Positions 48,839-63,913 of a stretch of DNA of 64,000 nt are shown here, one piece after another. The position numbers and the translations under genes are program-made. How positions within the stretch are numbered: the first letter of the stretch is position 1; each line of letters starts with the position of its first letter. A model generated the notes under the pieces. That model worked only from the letters and a program-made list of their open reading frames with translations, had not been told where the DNA came from and ran no database searches. The stretch spans positions 47,103 to 111,102 of the forward strand of contig JACWEG010000003.1 in NCBI GenBank assembly GCA_014653605.1. The letters run 5' to 3'. This DNA is from Pelagibacterales bacterium SAG-MED37 (GTDB taxonomy: Bacteria; Pseudomonadota; Alphaproteobacteria; Pelagibacterales; Pelagibacteraceae).

Positions 48839-49771
48839 TTATTTGAATAAATCAGATACTGATGTTGAATTAGATATTCTTTTAATAGCTTCACCTATTA
48901 GCCCTGAAATTGGTAAAACTTCTATATTTTTAACATTTCTAATTTTTTCTGAATTATCAATTGTATCAGTAATAACTAAATTTTTAATTACTGAGTTTTT
49001 AATTTTTTTTACAGCATCACCACTTAGAACACCATGAGTGATATAAACAAAAACTTCTTTAGCACCTTTAGCTTTTAATGCTTTTGCTGCATTTACAATA
49101 GTTCCACCTGAGTCAATTATGTCATCTACAATAATACAAGTTTGACCTTTCACATCTCCAATAACATTCATGACCTGTGACTGTCCAGGCTTTGGTCTTC
49201 TCTTGTCAACAATAGCCAAGCCTACGTTAAGAAGTTTTCCTAGTGCTCTAGCTCGTTCTGTCCCACCCACATCGGGCGCAACACAAACAATTTTTTTACT
49301 TTTAATTTTTTTTCTTGCATGTCTTGCAAATATTGGCGTTGCAAAAAGGTTATCCACAGGAATATCAAAAAATCCTTGAATTTGTCCTGCATGCAAATCA
49401 ACAGTTACCACTCTATCAGCACCAGATTTAGTAATTAAATTTGAAACAAGTTTTGCTGAAATAGATGTTCTTGGTACAACTTTTCTATCTTGTCTAGCAT
49501 ATCCAAAATATGGAATCACTGCTGTTATATTTTTTGCAGAGGATCTTTTAAGAGCATCTATACAAAGCAACAATTCCATCAAATTATCATTTGCTGGAGA
49601 AGAACTTGATTGAATAATAAAAATACTATTGCCTCTAATATTTTCATTTATTTCAACGTAAATTTCCCCATCAGAAAACTTTCTTATACTTGAGTTTACA
49701 AGTTTTGTTTTCAAATATTTTGCAATATTTTTACTGAGAACTTTATTGCTATTTCCAGTTAATAATTTCAT
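48839..49771 (-). CDS. prs: Ribose-phosphate pyrophosphokinase
   Basis: [35 protein letters not shown]. Confidence 0.98.
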   Translation of the reverse strand: MKLLTGNSNKVLSKNIAKYLKTKLVNSSIRKFSDGEIYVEINENIRGNSIFIIQSSSSPANDNLMELLLCIDALKRSSAKNITAVIPYFGYARQDRKVVPRTSISAKLVSNLITKSGADRVVTVDLHAGQIQGFFDIPVDNLFATPIFARHARKKIKSKKIVCVAPDVGGTERARALGKLLNVGLAIVDKRRPKPGQSQVMNVIGDVKGQTCIIVDDIIDSGGTIVNAAKALKAKGAKEVFVYITHGVLSGDAVKKIKNSVIKNLVITDTIDNSEKIRNVKNIEVLPISGLIGEAIKRISNSTSVSDLFK

Positions 49772-49779
49772 TGAAAAGT

Positions 49780-50541
49780 TTAGTTAATCATAATTATTGA
49801 AATATTTCTACCATAATCCGCATGTTTTAATTTTAAAGATCTTCTTGCACTAAAAAAATTATTTTTTTTGTCAAAAGTATCCATATTTATCATATCGATA
49901 TTTGTAATTTTATTTGATTTTAGTTGAGATTTAACAAAATTAGGTAAATCAAAATAAATAACTTTTTTTTTAGTCATAAAAAATTTTTTGTTTTTTTTAT
50001 CCTTTTTAATAAATCTTTTCTTAAAGTCCTCTTTAACATTGTAGCTCTTTTTTTTAATAGAAGGGCCTATTGCAGCGGTGATAGACTTCGCTTCACTTCC
50101 TTTCATTATCATAAAACTTATTACTTTGTTTATAATACCTTTAAAAGCTCCTTTCCAACCAGCATGAACTGCTGCGATAAAATTTTTTTTACTATCATGA
50201 AGCAATATAGGAACACAGTCTGCTGTTAAAACGCCTATAGGTAATTTTTTTTGATTAGTTATAATTGCATCAGCTTCAATTTTTTTCTTTTTTAGTTTTG
50301 AGAAATTTTTTATGAAAACAATCTTATTACTGTGAATTTGATGAAGTAAAAAAATATCTCTTGATTTTTTACTAATATTTTTTTTAACTATTTTTAAATT
50401 TTTTTTGACATCATTTCTTTTATCATTTGAGCCAAGTCCACAATTTAAACTTTTATAAATACCTTTTGATTTACCTCCGTTTTTGTTAAAAAAACCATGA
50501 GTAATTTTTTTTTGTTTCAACAATCTTTTAGATTTAATCAA
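49780..50541 (-). CDS. pgeF: YfiH/PgeF family (purine nucleoside phosphorylase / peptidoglycan editing)
   Basis: HQIHS, TADCVP, HAGWKG, FFSARR. Confidence 0.93.
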   Translation of the reverse strand: MIKSKRLLKQKKITHGFFNKNGGKSKGIYKSLNCGLGSNDKRNDVKKNLKIVKKNISKKSRDIFLLHQIHSNKIVFIKNFSKLKKKKIEADAIITNQKKLPIGVLTADCVPILLHDSKKNFIAAVHAGWKGAFKGIINKVISFMIMKGSEAKSITAAIGPSIKKKSYNVKEDFKKRFIKKDKKNKKFFMTKKKVIYFDLPNFVKSQLKSNKITNIDMINMDTFDKKNNFFSARRSLKLKHADYGRNISIIMIN

Positions 50542-50542
50542 T

Positions 50543-51589
50543 TTAGAAACCTAATTTAAATTTATTATTTTCGTTTTTAATAAGCATTACTTTAAATAAA
50601 TGACCCATTTGTTTTTTATTAATAAGTCTTTCAAGTCGGTAGAATATATCTGTTTTTTTAGTAAAATTTTTGTTTTTAGATATAATCTCTGCTCTTTCTT
50701 TTATCCCTAGCTTTGTAAGAAAGTCTTTTTGTGATGTTAAGTTAGTTTTCAAACCATTCATTTGTTTTACAAACTTTTCGAAAATATTAAAATTTATATT
50801 ATGAGTGATATCTACATTTCCTATATTACTTAAAATATTGGCAAATTTGTGATTAGACACTGCTTGTAATGTATTTTTCATTTTTTTATCTGTATATCCA
50901 TAATCAATAAGCAATAAACCACCAGTATTTTTTTTTATAATATTGGAGATATCTTTTAAGTAATTTAACCCAAGTTTTGAATATTCGATAAAATTTTGAT
51001 TTTGTGATATTTTGAATTTAATCTTCTTTTCGATTTTTTTTATATCTGCTCTTTTTTCAAAAAAAAATGGTCTTTTTGAATTTTCTAAATTTACAAATTT
51101 TTCGAACCATAAACTTTTTTTTTTATTAAATTGTTTGATTGCTATTGCATCAAAGAATTCATTTGCAATAAATATACTTGGGTCCTTATTGATTTTGTTT
51201 ATATTTGGAATCCATTTAATCTTATTTTTAATTAGCTTTTTTTTTTGAATATTAATTAAAGTAGGACTTTTTTCATGAATCATAAAATTACAAGATTTTA
51301 AAAAAAATGGAAAATTTTGAAAACTTTCAATAATTATTTTCATCATTTCTCCATTACCTGCTCCGAGCTCAACTAAATTAAACCTTTTTGGAGACCCTAA
51401 GCTTTGCCAAAAACTTATAATCCATATCGCAATCATTTCAGAAAATAGTCTTGAAATATTAGGTGCCGTTATAAAATCACTTTCCTGTCCGAAAGGATTT
51501 TTTTTCATATAATAACCAAATTTTTTATCGTAAAGAGAAAAATTTATAAATTTATCTAAAGAAAGACTATTTTTCTTTTTTAGTTTCAT
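50543..51589 (-). CDS. SAM-dependent methyltransferase, MidA/NDUFAF7 family
   Basis: GYY, DFITAP.IS..F.E, ELGAGNG, ANEFFDA, IDYG, DITH, MG.LFKV. Confidence 0.92.
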   Translation of the reverse strand: MKLKKKNSLSLDKFINFSLYDKKFGYYMKKNPFGQESDFITAPNISRLFSEMIAIWIISFWQSLGSPKRFNLVELGAGNGEMMKIIIESFQNFPFFLKSCNFMIHEKSPTLINIQKKKLIKNKIKWIPNINKINKDPSIFIANEFFDAIAIKQFNKKKSLWFEKFVNLENSKRPFFFEKRADIKKIEKKIKFKISQNQNFIEYSKLGLNYLKDISNIIKKNTGGLLLIDYGYTDKKMKNTLQAVSNHKFANILSNIGNVDITHNINFNIFEKFVKQMNGLKTNLTSQKDFLTKLGIKERAEIISKNKNFTKKTDIFYRLERLINKKQMGHLFKVMLIKNENNKFKLGF

Positions 51590-52349
51590 ATTTATTTATA
51601 ACTAAATAAGTACCAATTAATAAGAATACAATGCTTATTATCTGTCCCATCGTTAAATTAAAAAATAAGTATCCCAACTGTTCATCTGGAACTCTAAAAA
51701 ATTCAACTGCGAATCTAAATGTTGAGTAAAAAATTAGAAATAACCCGGAGATGAATCCTGGGATTTTCATAAAACCTTTTTTTCTAAAATACAATAAAAT
51801 AACTAATAAAATTAATCCTTCAAATAATGCCTCATACAATTGAGATGGATGTCGGTATAAATCATCTATCTTGATGAATTTTACAGCCCATGGAAGATTT
51901 GTTTCTATCCCGTATAATTCAGAGTTAATAAAATTTGCAATTCTTCCAAAAAAAATTCCAATTGGAGCTACAATAGAAACTATATCTAAATAAATGAAAA
52001 TGTTTTGATTATTTTTTTTGGCAAATAAAAAACTTGCAAATATAACTCCTATAAGACCTCCATGAAATGACATCCCACCTTGCCAAATTTTAATAATGTC
52101 TAATAAGTTATCCGAGTAGTAACTAAAATTATAAAAAAATACATACCCTAAACGCCCGCCAACAATTATACCTAATATTAGATATGTAATAAAATCATCA
52201 AATTTTTCTTTAATATTCTGATCAGAAATAAAAATTTTTTTACTTAAAATCCAACCCAGTAATATTCCAACAATATAAGCTAAAGAATACCATTTGATAT
52301 CGATGGATAAAATTTGGACTGCAACTGGGTCAAAATTATTAATGAACAT
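51567..52349 (-). CDS. lgt: Prolipoprotein diacylglyceryl transferase
   Basis: GGRLGYV, GGMSFHGG, GRIANFINSEL, HPSQLYE. Confidence 0.98.
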   Translation of the reverse strand: MFINNFDPVAVQILSIDIKWYSLAYIVGILLGWILSKKIFISDQNIKEKFDDFITYLILGIIVGGRLGYVFFYNFSYYSDNLLDIIKIWQGGMSFHGGLIGVIFASFLFAKKNNQNIFIYLDIVSIVAPIGIFFGRIANFINSELYGIETNLPWAVKFIKIDDLYRHPSQLYEALFEGLILLVILLYFRKKGFMKIPGFISGLFLIFYSTFRFAVEFFRVPDEQLGYLFFNLTMGQIISIVFLLIGTYLVINKYETKKEK

Positions 52350-52400
52350 TTTTGAATTATAATTGTAAGCTATTAATATAATAGGATAATATAAATATAT

Positions 52401-52652
52401 ATGAAAAATTCAAAATTTGTTATTGATAAATTGGCTAAATTATTTGAACAGGGCTTAGTATCATCTAAAGATCTGGCAAATGAATTAATGAATATTTTAA
52501 AATCAAAGAGAGATGAAATTGTTTTTAGAATGAGACTTACAAGTAAGGATGAATTTGAAATCTTAAAGAAAAGAGTAGAAAATTTAGAAAAAAAAACCAG
52601 TCAATTTAAAAGTTTAAAAAAAAATAAGTCTAAAAAGGTAAGAAAATCTTAA
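52401..52652 (+). CDS. UbiK/BMFP-like accessory factor
   Basis: LTSKDEFEILKKRVENLE coiled-coil motif; divergent from lgt as in other alphaproteobacteria. Confidence 0.65.
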   Translation: MKNSKFVIDKLAKLFEQGLVSSKDLANELMNILKSKRDEIVFRMRLTSKDEFEILKKRVENLEKKTSQFKSLKKNKSKKVRKS

Positions 52653-53949
52653 CTGACAAGCCATTCATCGAAGATTTATCTAATTTAATATTTCCTCCAT
52701 GTGATCTAACTATATCTGATGCTATGGATAGTCCCAATCCTACACTTGCTTTTGTATCTGCTCTACCTTTATCAATTTTGTAAAAAGGCTTAAAGACATT
52801 CTCGAATTCACTTTCTGGTATTCCAGGGCCATCATCTTCAATTTTGATAAATACATTATTATTACTTTTGTTAATTTCAATCTGAACTTTATCAGCATAC
52901 TTGATTGCATTATCTAATAAATTATTGATACACCTTCTTATTAAATTCTTTCTTCCATTAATATAAAGTCGAGGCATTAAATCTGTTGAGATATTTTCAT
53001 TATTATATTTTTCCACAATTTCATTAATTAATTCACTTAGATTGAACTGTTCATTTTTCTCAATATTAGATGAACTTGTGAATTGTAGATATTCATTCAA
53101 CATTTTTTCCATTTCGTTGATATCTTCAGACATTTTAATTGCCAATTCTTTATCCTTGATAAAGGCAATTTGTAGTTTCATTCTTGTTAAAGGTGTTCTT
53201 AGATCATGGCTAATTCCAGATAACATCTCGGAGCGTTGATTAAGGTGTCTTTTTATTCTTTTTCTCATTCTATCAAATTCATAACCAGCAAGTCGTATTT
53301 CTGATGCACCTGATGGTTTGAACTCTTCTACTTCTTCACCTCTACCAAACTTTGCAGCAGCTTTGGCAAGATTTGTGATAGGTCTTGTTTGGTTTTTTAA
53401 AAAGATTAAAGAAATAAAAACCATTATAATTGCTGGAACGGTAATCCATAACGCAAAAATCCTAGCAGATGAACTTGTGACTCTATCTTTAGGAACTAAA
53501 AATTTAAAGTATCCAGATTTATATTTAATTCTTAAATCTATTAGTTCTTTGTATCCTGTAGTATCAAACCAAAATTTTTCTGATTGAAATCTGGATTTTA
53601 GTTCTCTTCTCAGAGTCCGATCTATTGGACTAAACCATCTTTCATCATATTCATAATCAAATTTTTCATTATCAACATATTCTATATTAAGATCTTGATA
53701 TATTGAAAAAAGATTTGTTATTTCATCTTTATTGTAAATTTCATCTTTATAAACTTCTATGAATGTTTTAACTTCATTTATTAGAGCTCTAGTCATCCCT
53801 TTGTTTGTCTTAATCCAAAGGCTATCAAAAAAAACAATTGTTATGACTAGTTGTAAAACTATGACTGGGATAGCAACAATTAGTAAAGCACGGTAAAATA
53901 ATCTTTTTGGAAGAATGTTCTTAAAAAAATTACTCAATCCATAAAACAT
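52630..53949 (-). CDS. EnvZ-like sensor histidine kinase
   Basis: 2 TM plus HAMP; SHDLRTPL, NLLDNA, DDGPGI, GLGLSI; ATG at 53949. Confidence 0.93.
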   Translation of the reverse strand: MFYGLSNFFKNILPKRLFYRALLIVAIPVIVLQLVITIVFFDSLWIKTNKGMTRALINEVKTFIEVYKDEIYNKDEITNLFSIYQDLNIEYVDNEKFDYEYDERWFSPIDRTLRRELKSRFQSEKFWFDTTGYKELIDLRIKYKSGYFKFLVPKDRVTSSSARIFALWITVPAIIMVFISLIFLKNQTRPITNLAKAAAKFGRGEEVEEFKPSGASEIRLAGYEFDRMRKRIKRHLNQRSEMLSGISHDLRTPLTRMKLQIAFIKDKELAIKMSEDINEMEKMLNEYLQFTSSSNIEKNEQFNLSELINEIVEKYNNENISTDLMPRLYINGRKNLIRRCINNLLDNAIKYADKVQIEINKSNNNVFIKIEDDGPGIPESEFENVFKPFYKIDKGRADTKASVGLGLSIASDIVRSHGGNIKLDKSSMNGLSVKIFLPF

Positions 53950-54607
53950 ATCCAGCTCCTCTAATAGTTTGCAGAAATTTTGGATTTTTTGGATCAATTT
54001 CTATTTTCTTTCTTAATCTCGTGATAATTACATCAATAGATCTTTCCTTATCCAAATCTATTAATGATCCAATATCATCTCTTGAAAATGTTTTACCAGG
54101 GTTATTAATCATATTTTCTAAAATTTTTTTTTCTGTATTATTAATTTTAAATTCAACATTTTTTTTGAAAATTAATTGTTTGTTTAAATCAATTTTAATA
54201 TTTTCAAATTCAATAACTCTTTTTGGGTCAGTCATTTTAGTTTTTGAAATAATATTTTGAATTCTTAAAATAAGCTCTTTAGGTTCAAAAGGTTTTGGAA
54301 GATAATCATCTGCACCAACTTCTAAACCTTCTATTCTCTCATTAGCCTGTCCTTTGGCAGTCAATAATATGATAGGTGTTTTAAGTTTTTTTTGATTTTC
54401 TTGAATGAACTCAAGTCCATTTTTTCCTGGCATCATGATATCTAATATTATCAAATCGAATTTTATGATATTTATTTTTTCATTTGCATCCTCGGCGCTA
54501 TTAGCAGTTGTAACAAGATAATCATTTTCATTTAAATATTTTTTAACTAAAGATCTAATACCGTCATCATCATCAACAACTAATATATGTGCTATAAAGT
54601 TATCCAT
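53930..54607 (-). CDS. OmpR/PetR-like response regulator
   Basis: VVDDD, LDIMMPG, GADDYLPKPF, RSIDV.ITRLRKK, TIRGAGY. Confidence 0.95.
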   Translation of the reverse strand: MDNFIAHILVVDDDDGIRSLVKKYLNENDYLVTTANSAEDANEKINIIKFDLIILDIMMPGKNGLEFIQENQKKLKTPIILLTAKGQANERIEGLEVGADDYLPKPFEPKELILRIQNIISKTKMTDPKRVIEFENIKIDLNKQLIFKKNVEFKINNTEKKILENMINNPGKTFSRDDIGSLIDLDKERSIDVIITRLRKKIEIDPKNPKFLQTIRGAGYVLWIE

Positions 54608-55037
54608 TAATTATCTTTTTTAATACTTTATCAAAATTAACTACTTCTTCAGAACTAGAATTTAAAAGTGCTCCGTGTATCCTTTTTTTTTGTACTTCAA
54701 AAATTTCAGTAAATACTCTCTCTCCTTTTTCATTTAAAAATATATGCTTTATTCTTGTATCTTGATCATCCTTTTTAAAAAAAATAATTTCTAATTTAAT
54801 TAAATCTTTAAGAACTCTGTTTAAACTTTGTTTGGTTACTTTTAGCCTTCTAAGCAATTCAGAGATAGAAATACCCTTATACATAGACAGCAAATGTATT
54901 ACTTTTTGGTGAGCTAAACCAATTTTGTATTTATTTAGAATTTTTTTAGAGTCCGAGAAAGTTTCTCTGTAACTAATAAATAGCTTTTCGATTAGCTCTT
55001 TTAATTGATCATCTTTTAGATATAAAAGTTGTTTCAT
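54600..55037 (-). CDS. MarR family regulator (PetP-like)
   Basis: GLAHQKVIH, LKVTKQSLNRVL, D.R; marR-ompR-envZ order divergent from ilvE. Confidence 0.9.
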   Translation of the reverse strand: MKQLLYLKDDQLKELIEKLFISYRETFSDSKKILNKYKIGLAHQKVIHLLSMYKGISISELLRRLKVTKQSLNRVLKDLIKLEIIFFKKDDQDTRIKHIFLNEKGERVFTEIFEVQKKRIHGALLNSSSEEVVNFDKVLKKIING

Positions 55038-55052
55038 TATTGGTAAGTTATA

Positions 55053-55081
55053 TTGACATATTATAGATACAAAGATATTTT
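55053..55081 (+). promoter_or_regulatory. Putative sigma70 promoter for ilvE
   Basis: TTGACA (55053-55058), 17 nt, TATTTT (55076-55081). Confidence 0.55.
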
Positions 55082-55108
55082 TCAGTAAGAATTTTTAAAT
55101 TTCATAAA

Positions 55109-55993
55109 ATGATACCTTACGATAAAAGATCTGGCAAAATATGGTACAATGGCGAATTGGTTGATTGGTCAGATGTTAAAGTGCATGTTTTGAGCCATGG
55201 ATTACATTATGCTAGCTGTGTTTTTGAAGGTGAGCGAGTATATGATGGATCTATTTTTAAACTAGAAGAACATACTTCAAGACTGTTTTACTCTGCAAAA
55301 AGAATGGGATTTGAAATTCCGTATAGTGAGAATGAAATTAATATGGCATCAAAAAAAATAATCACAACTCAAAAAGTAGAAAATGGCTATGTGAGGCCTG
55401 TAGCTTGGAGAGGAAGTGAAATGATGGCTATCTCTGCACAACAAACTAAAATTCATGTAGCTATAGCAACTTGGGAATGGGGATCTTATTTTGATCCTAA
55501 ACTTAAAATTGAAGGAATAAAATTAAATATATCTAGCTGGAGAAGACCAGCGCCCAATACAATTCCTTGGGATACTAAAGCATCTGGTCTTTATATGATT
55601 TGCACACTCTCTAAACATGAAGCTGAAAAACAAGGATTTACTGACTCACTAATGTTAGATCACGAAGAGAATATTGCAGAAGCAACTGGTGCAAATGTTT
55701 TTTTTAAGGACAAAAATGGAGAATTACATACACCAATCCCAGATTCATTTTTAGATGGTATTACTAGAAGAACTGTAATTGAAATTGCAAAATCAAAAAA
55801 TATTAAAGTTCATGAAAGAAAAATTAAACCTGAAGAGCTTAAAAACTTTGATGGGTGTTTTTTAACAGGAACTGCTGCAGAAGTAACACCTGTATCATGT
55901 ATAGCTGAAAATCAATTTAAAGTTTGTGATTTGATAATTGATTTAAATGAGAGTTATCAATCTGTTGTTAAAAAGAAAAAAACGGCTGCCTAA
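55109..55993 (+). CDS. ilvE: Branched-chain amino acid aminotransferase
   Basis: HGLHYASCVFEG, KASGLY, EATGAN, LDGITR, GTAAEV. Confidence 0.96.
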   Translation: MIPYDKRSGKIWYNGELVDWSDVKVHVLSHGLHYASCVFEGERVYDGSIFKLEEHTSRLFYSAKRMGFEIPYSENEINMASKKIITTQKVENGYVRPVAWRGSEMMAISAQQTKIHVAIATWEWGSYFDPKLKIEGIKLNISSWRRPAPNTIPWDTKASGLYMICTLSKHEAEKQGFTDSLMLDHEENIAEATGANVFFKDKNGELHTPIPDSFLDGITRRTVIEIAKSKNIKVHERKIKPEELKNFDGCFLTGTAAEVTPVSCIAENQFKVCDLIIDLNESYQSVVKKKKTAA

Positions 55994-56574
55994 TCTTTGT
56001 TGTCTTCTGATATTGCATGGTCTATTCCTTTACGCATATAATCGTATCCAGTAAAAAGAGTTAAAGCTGCTGAAAGCCATAAAAGAATTATGCCAATTGT
56101 TTGTGCATTATAATCTTGAAAATTAATAATTTTATTTCCAGTTTCTCCAGAAAGTAAAAGTGCAATTGAAACCATTTGTAAAACTGTTTTTAATTTTGCA
56201 AGACTTGAAACGGGTAGTTTAATTTTTCCTTTTGCTAAAAACTCTCTTAAACCAGATATCAAAATTTCACGTGTTAAAATTATTATTGCTGCTATGACTT
56301 CATAATGACGTATCGTTCCATCCATTACTAGAAGAATTAAAGCAGTAGCTACAATAATCTTATCTGCAATCGGATCTAACAATTCACCTAGCTTTGACTC
56401 TTGTCCAAGCAATCTTGCTAACATTCCATCTAGAAAATCAGTAAATGAAGCAACAATAAACAGAATTAATGCAGTTAAATCTCCGTAAAAACCTGGCAAA
56501 TAAAATGCTAATACAAAAAATGGGACTATTAATATCCGACCTATAGTTAATATATTTGGTATCTTTCTAAGCAT
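55990..56574 (-). CDS. pgsA: CDP-diacylglycerol-glycerol-3-phosphate phosphatidyltransferase
   Basis: PNILT..R, TDFLDGMLAR...S.LG..LDPIADK, REILISGLRE. Confidence 0.97.
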   Translation of the reverse strand: MLRKIPNILTIGRILIVPFFVLAFYLPGFYGDLTALILFIVASFTDFLDGMLARLLGQESKLGELLDPIADKIIVATALILLVMDGTIRHYEVIAAIIILTREILISGLREFLAKGKIKLPVSSLAKLKTVLQMVSIALLLSGETGNKIINFQDYNAQTIGIILLWLSAALTLFTGYDYMRKGIDHAISEDNKD

Positions 56575-56582
56575 AAAAATTT

Positions 56583-58418
56583 TTATTCATGAAAAAAGTT
56601 ATATATCTTTTTTGCAACTTTTACCTCAACACCTTCAACTGATTTTATTTCATCAAGACTTGCAGATTCTACTGCCCTAGCAGAGCCAAAATGGTTTAAC
56701 AGAGCTCTTTTTCTAATAGCTCCAATACCATCAATCTGGTCTAGAAGTGATTTTTTGATACCTTTAGCTCTTTTAGCTCTATGAGAAGTAATTGCAAATC
56801 GATGAGCTTCATCTCGAAGTCGTTGCATAAAAAATAGAGTAGGATCATTTTTTTCAAATTTATAGGATTTTCCATTATAAAAGAATGTTTCATCACCACT
56901 ATTTCTCATCTTACCTTTAGCAATAGCAATCATTGGTAAATCATGTAATCCTAATTGATTTAAAACCTCTTTTGCTGAAGAATATTGTCCTTTACCTCCA
57001 TCTATCAATATCAAGTCAGGTAGTGACAAATAATTTCCCTTCTCAAGTATAGCTCTTTTAAACCTTCTTGATAAAACTTCTTTTAACATTGCAAAATCAT
57101 CTTGTTCAGAACCCTTAGTTTTAATATCAAATTTTCTGTATCTTTTTTTTATAAATCCTTCACTACCAAATGTTATCATTGCACCAACACTATTTGTTCC
57201 TTGAATGTGACTATTATCATATACTTCAACTAAATTTATAACGTTTCTTAAATCAAATTTTTTAGCAACATCCTCAAATAAACTTTTATTATTATTTGTT
57301 TCATAAAGTTTTCTATTTAAAGATTCTTTGGCATTTTTTTCAGCCATAGCTATGACTTTTGCTTTTGTCCCTTTTTTTGCCGCGTTGATAGAAATTGTAT
57401 TATTTTCTTTTCTACTTAAAGTTTCTTCTATTAACTTCTTCTCCTTAATATCAGTATTAATTATTATCAGCTTTGGAACACTTTTATTTTCATAAAACTG
57501 CATCAAAAAAGAGGACATAATTTCAGAAATATTTTGATCAGGATCATGTTTAGGAAAATAAGCTTGATTTCCCCAGTTTTGTTTAGATCTATAAAAAAAA
57601 ACTTGAATACATGTCTTGCCAGATTCTTTATATGCAGCGATTACATCAGCATCAACTAAGTTTGCCTCATTAATTCTTTGTGAAGATTGAATTATGTTTA
57701 GTGATTTGATTCTGTCTCTAAAAATTGAAGCTTTTTCAAAATCTAGCTTTTCACTTGCAGCTTCCATTTCTTTAGATAAGTTTTTTTGAATATCTCTAGA
57801 TTTACCTGATACAAATTGGATTGCTTGTTCTACTGATTTTTTGTAATCATTTTTTTCTATGTAGCCAACACAAGGACCCGAACATCTTTTAATTTGATAA
57901 AGTATACAAGGCCTTTTTCTATTCTTGAAAGTACCATCATCACAAACTCTTAATTGAAATATCTTTTGAAGCATTTTAATAGTCCAGTTTGCAGTGCCTG
58001 CTGACGCAAATGGACCAAAATAAAATCCTTCTTTATCTTTTTTTCCTCTATGTTTAGTAACTCGTGGCCATTGATCTTTTTCACCAATAAATATGAAAGG
58101 GAAAGATTTATCATCTTTAAGTAAAATATTAAATTTTGGTTTATGTTTTTTAATTAAGTTTGCTTCTAATAGTAGAGCTTCACTTTCGTTAGCAGTAGTT
58201 GTGATCTCAAGTTTAAATGTTTGAGACAGCATCCTTTCAGTTCGGATTATATGATTTTTTTCAGAAACATAACTCTTTAATCTATTAGGGAGATTTTTTG
58301 CTTTTCCTACGTAAAGAATATCATCTTTATGGTTGAGCATTCTGTATACACCAGGGCTTTTAGGAATTAATGGTAGTTCTTTTTTAATTACTTCTTTTCC
58401 GAGCTCAGAACTTTTCAT
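56583..58418 (-). CDS. uvrC: Excinuclease ABC subunit C
   Basis: PGVY..YVGKA GIY-YIG domain, [20 protein letters not shown], HhH; ATG at 58418. Confidence 0.98.
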   Translation of the reverse strand: MKSSELGKEVIKKELPLIPKSPGVYRMLNHKDDILYVGKAKNLPNRLKSYVSEKNHIIRTERMLSQTFKLEITTTANESEALLLEANLIKKHKPKFNILLKDDKSFPFIFIGEKDQWPRVTKHRGKKDKEGFYFGPFASAGTANWTIKMLQKIFQLRVCDDGTFKNRKRPCILYQIKRCSGPCVGYIEKNDYKKSVEQAIQFVSGKSRDIQKNLSKEMEAASEKLDFEKASIFRDRIKSLNIIQSSQRINEANLVDADVIAAYKESGKTCIQVFFYRSKQNWGNQAYFPKHDPDQNISEIMSSFLMQFYENKSVPKLIIINTDIKEKKLIEETLSRKENNTISINAAKKGTKAKVIAMAEKNAKESLNRKLYETNNNKSLFEDVAKKFDLRNVINLVEVYDNSHIQGTNSVGAMITFGSEGFIKKRYRKFDIKTKGSEQDDFAMLKEVLSRRFKRAILEKGNYLSLPDLILIDGGKGQYSSAKEVLNQLGLHDLPMIAIAKGKMRNSGDETFFYNGKSYKFEKNDPTLFFMQRLRDEAHRFAITSHRAKRAKGIKKSLLDQIDGIGAIRKRALLNHFGSARAVESASLDEIKSVEGVEVKVAKKIYNFFHE

Positions 58419-58830
58419 GACTTCTTTTTTTGGTAATTTGAATACCAACTGATGAACATTCTTTTAAAATTTCTAATTTTTCGATTTTTAGCATTATTTT
58501 ACCTATTCTTTTGTCCTTAAATAGTTCATCAAATACGGCTTCAGCAAGAGTTTCTAGAAAATTGTAGTGTTTCTTTTTTACCAGCTTAGAAATTAGTTTT
58601 ACAACTGTACTATAATTTACAATAGATTTGATATCTTTGTCGTTTGTTGGTTTTTTATCCTCATAATCAATCTCAAGACTAAATTTTACTTTTTGTGGTT
58701 TTTCTTTTTCGAAATCATAATAACCAAGCTTTAATTCCAAAATTAATTCATTAATAAGAATTTTTTTTTCGTAGTTAAATAAACTTTTATTTTTATCTAT
58801 TTTGACAATTTTAAAGTTATTCTTTTTCAT
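58405..58830 (-). CDS. folB: Dihydroneopterin aldolase
   Basis: G...E...PQ, VNY, FLETLAE, IEK, SVG. Confidence 0.88.
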   Translation of the reverse strand: MKKNNFKIVKIDKNKSLFNYEKKILINELILELKLGYYDFEKEKPQKVKFSLEIDYEDKKPTNDKDIKSIVNYSTVVKLISKLVKKKHYNFLETLAEAVFDELFKDKRIGKIMLKIEKLEILKECSSVGIQITKKRSHEKF

Positions 58831-59563
58831 TCTTTTCCCCTCATTATATCAGGTGTTTGCCAATTCAAATTTTGCCCACTATCTATTGCTAAAACTTGTC
58901 CGGTAATAGAACTGTTTTTAATAAAGAAGTCAACAGCATTACAAATCTCAATAACATTTACTTGCTGTCTCAAAGGGGTTGCCAAATATTGTTTTTTGAA
59001 ATGATTGTCAGTTTGTCTTTTATTTTTTATGGTTGGTCCTGGAGCTATTCCATTAACTCTAATGTTAGGGGCCAAACTCATGGCACTAGTTTTAGTTAAA
59101 GTATAAAGACCAGTTTTACTTAGAGTATATGAAAAGAAAAAAGGAGTTAATTTAAAAACTCTTTGGTCGATTATATTGATAATATTGTTGTTTTTACCTT
59201 TTGTATTTTTTGCAAATTCTTTAGTTAAATAAGCTGGAGCTTTTAAATTAACACTGAGGTGCTTAGCCCAACTTTTAGACGTAAAATTTCTTAAATTATC
59301 ATTTTCAAATAATGATGCATTGTTAATCAGACAATCAAAATACCTTAGCTTTGATTTTGAAAACTTTATAATTTTGTTTAAATCTTTTTCTTTTGAGAGG
59401 TCACCTTTAATAAGGAAAACTTTTGTATGATTTTTGATTAATTCTCTCTTAAGTTTTTCAGCCTTAGTCTTGGAGTTATTATAATGAATTACAATTTCAA
59501 CATCTGGGCCAGAAAGTGATTTAGCTATTGCTGCTCCTATTCTTGTAGCAGCCCCAGTAATGA

Positions 59564-59582
<19 letters not shown>
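58827..59582 (-). CDS. Pteridine reductase-like SDR (PTR1/FolM type)
   Basis: [22 protein letters not shown]; next to folB. Confidence 0.82.
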
Positions 59583-62958
<3,376 letters not shown>

Positions 62959-62964
62959 ATAATT

Positions 62965-63912
62965 TTATTTTTGCTCTAATATTTTTTTAGCTAAATCAGT
63001 TTTTTTTATCCAAGATTTTGGGATAGTACCTAATCCTTTTAAAGCAGCAAAATAAGCTCCAATAAAATTAACTCTAGAACAGTTACAGCCACCAGCTTTA
63101 ATTGTTTTTAAAATAGCCCCTTTATAATTTGTGGAATTAATAATTGAATGAATTGAGCTATTAAATGTTCCTGGATAGCTACAAGCCATGCCCAATTTTT
63201 TAACCACAAGAGAATGCGGTTTTGATTTTAATCTTTTAACTTTTTTCATATCTTCAACAACACTTTTAAAATATGAATTTTTTTTAAATATCTTCATGAA
63301 TTCGTTTATAGGATCTTTGCAACCTTTCAGTGCTAAATCTATTAGATAAAATTTTGCTAAAGCATATTTGAGACTTATTTTTGAAACAGTTACTGTAGAG
63401 ATAATCTTTTTTACATCTTTAAGATTATAGCCATACAAAAAATATGGAAGAGCAGCACAATAACCATCAGACTCGTTTACCTTTTTACCTCCAGTTAATT
63501 TTTTTTTAGACTTAATATTTCTTACAGTTTCAATGATATTCTGATGGATCCAAGGTCCTTTTATTATTCCTCGCCAGTCTTTAACTTTTTTGTATTTTGC
63601 TCTTAAATTTAAATTTTTCCAGTAAATACTTCCTGGACCAAAGTTTTTTGTAATATTTTTTTTAAATCTTTCTTCTATATTTCGATGACCTTCAACTAAA
63701 GTTTTGAACATCACTTGACCAACTTCATTATAACCAGAAACTTTGCCAGTTTTAATGTTGTAAAAAGGACTTTTATTTTTTTTTAAGAAGGTAAAGTCTT
63801 GTTTTCCCTTAATATAAGTTAGTAGTTTTTTCTGATTATAAACCCAATGTAATGGTCTAGCTGCAGCATCAGCTACACTTGCTCCTAAAAAAACATGTAA
63901 ATTATTTTTCAC
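62965..63912 (-). CDS. ADP-ribosylglycohydrolase-fold protein, J1-crystallin/SelJ-like
   Basis: GASVADAAARPLHWVY, SPFY, FGPGS.Y, GPW.H, C..PG.F, AGGCNCSR..FIGA, IP..WI; GTG start 1 nt after the trxB stop. Confidence 0.8.
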   Translation of the reverse strand: MKNNLHVFLGASVADAAARPLHWVYNQKKLLTYIKGKQDFTFLKKNKSPFYNIKTGKVSGYNEVGQVMFKTLVEGHRNIEERFKKNITKNFGPGSIYWKNLNLRAKYKKVKDWRGIIKGPWIHQNIIETVRNIKSKKKLTGGKKVNESDGYCAALPYFLYGYNLKDVKKIISTVTVSKISLKYALAKFYLIDLALKGCKDPINEFMKIFKKNSYFKSVVEDMKKVKRLKSKPHSLVVKKLGMACSYPGTFNSSIHSIINSTNYKGAILKTIKAGGCNCSRVNFIGAYFAALKGLGTIPKSWIKKTDLAKKILEQK

Positions 63913-63913
63913 T

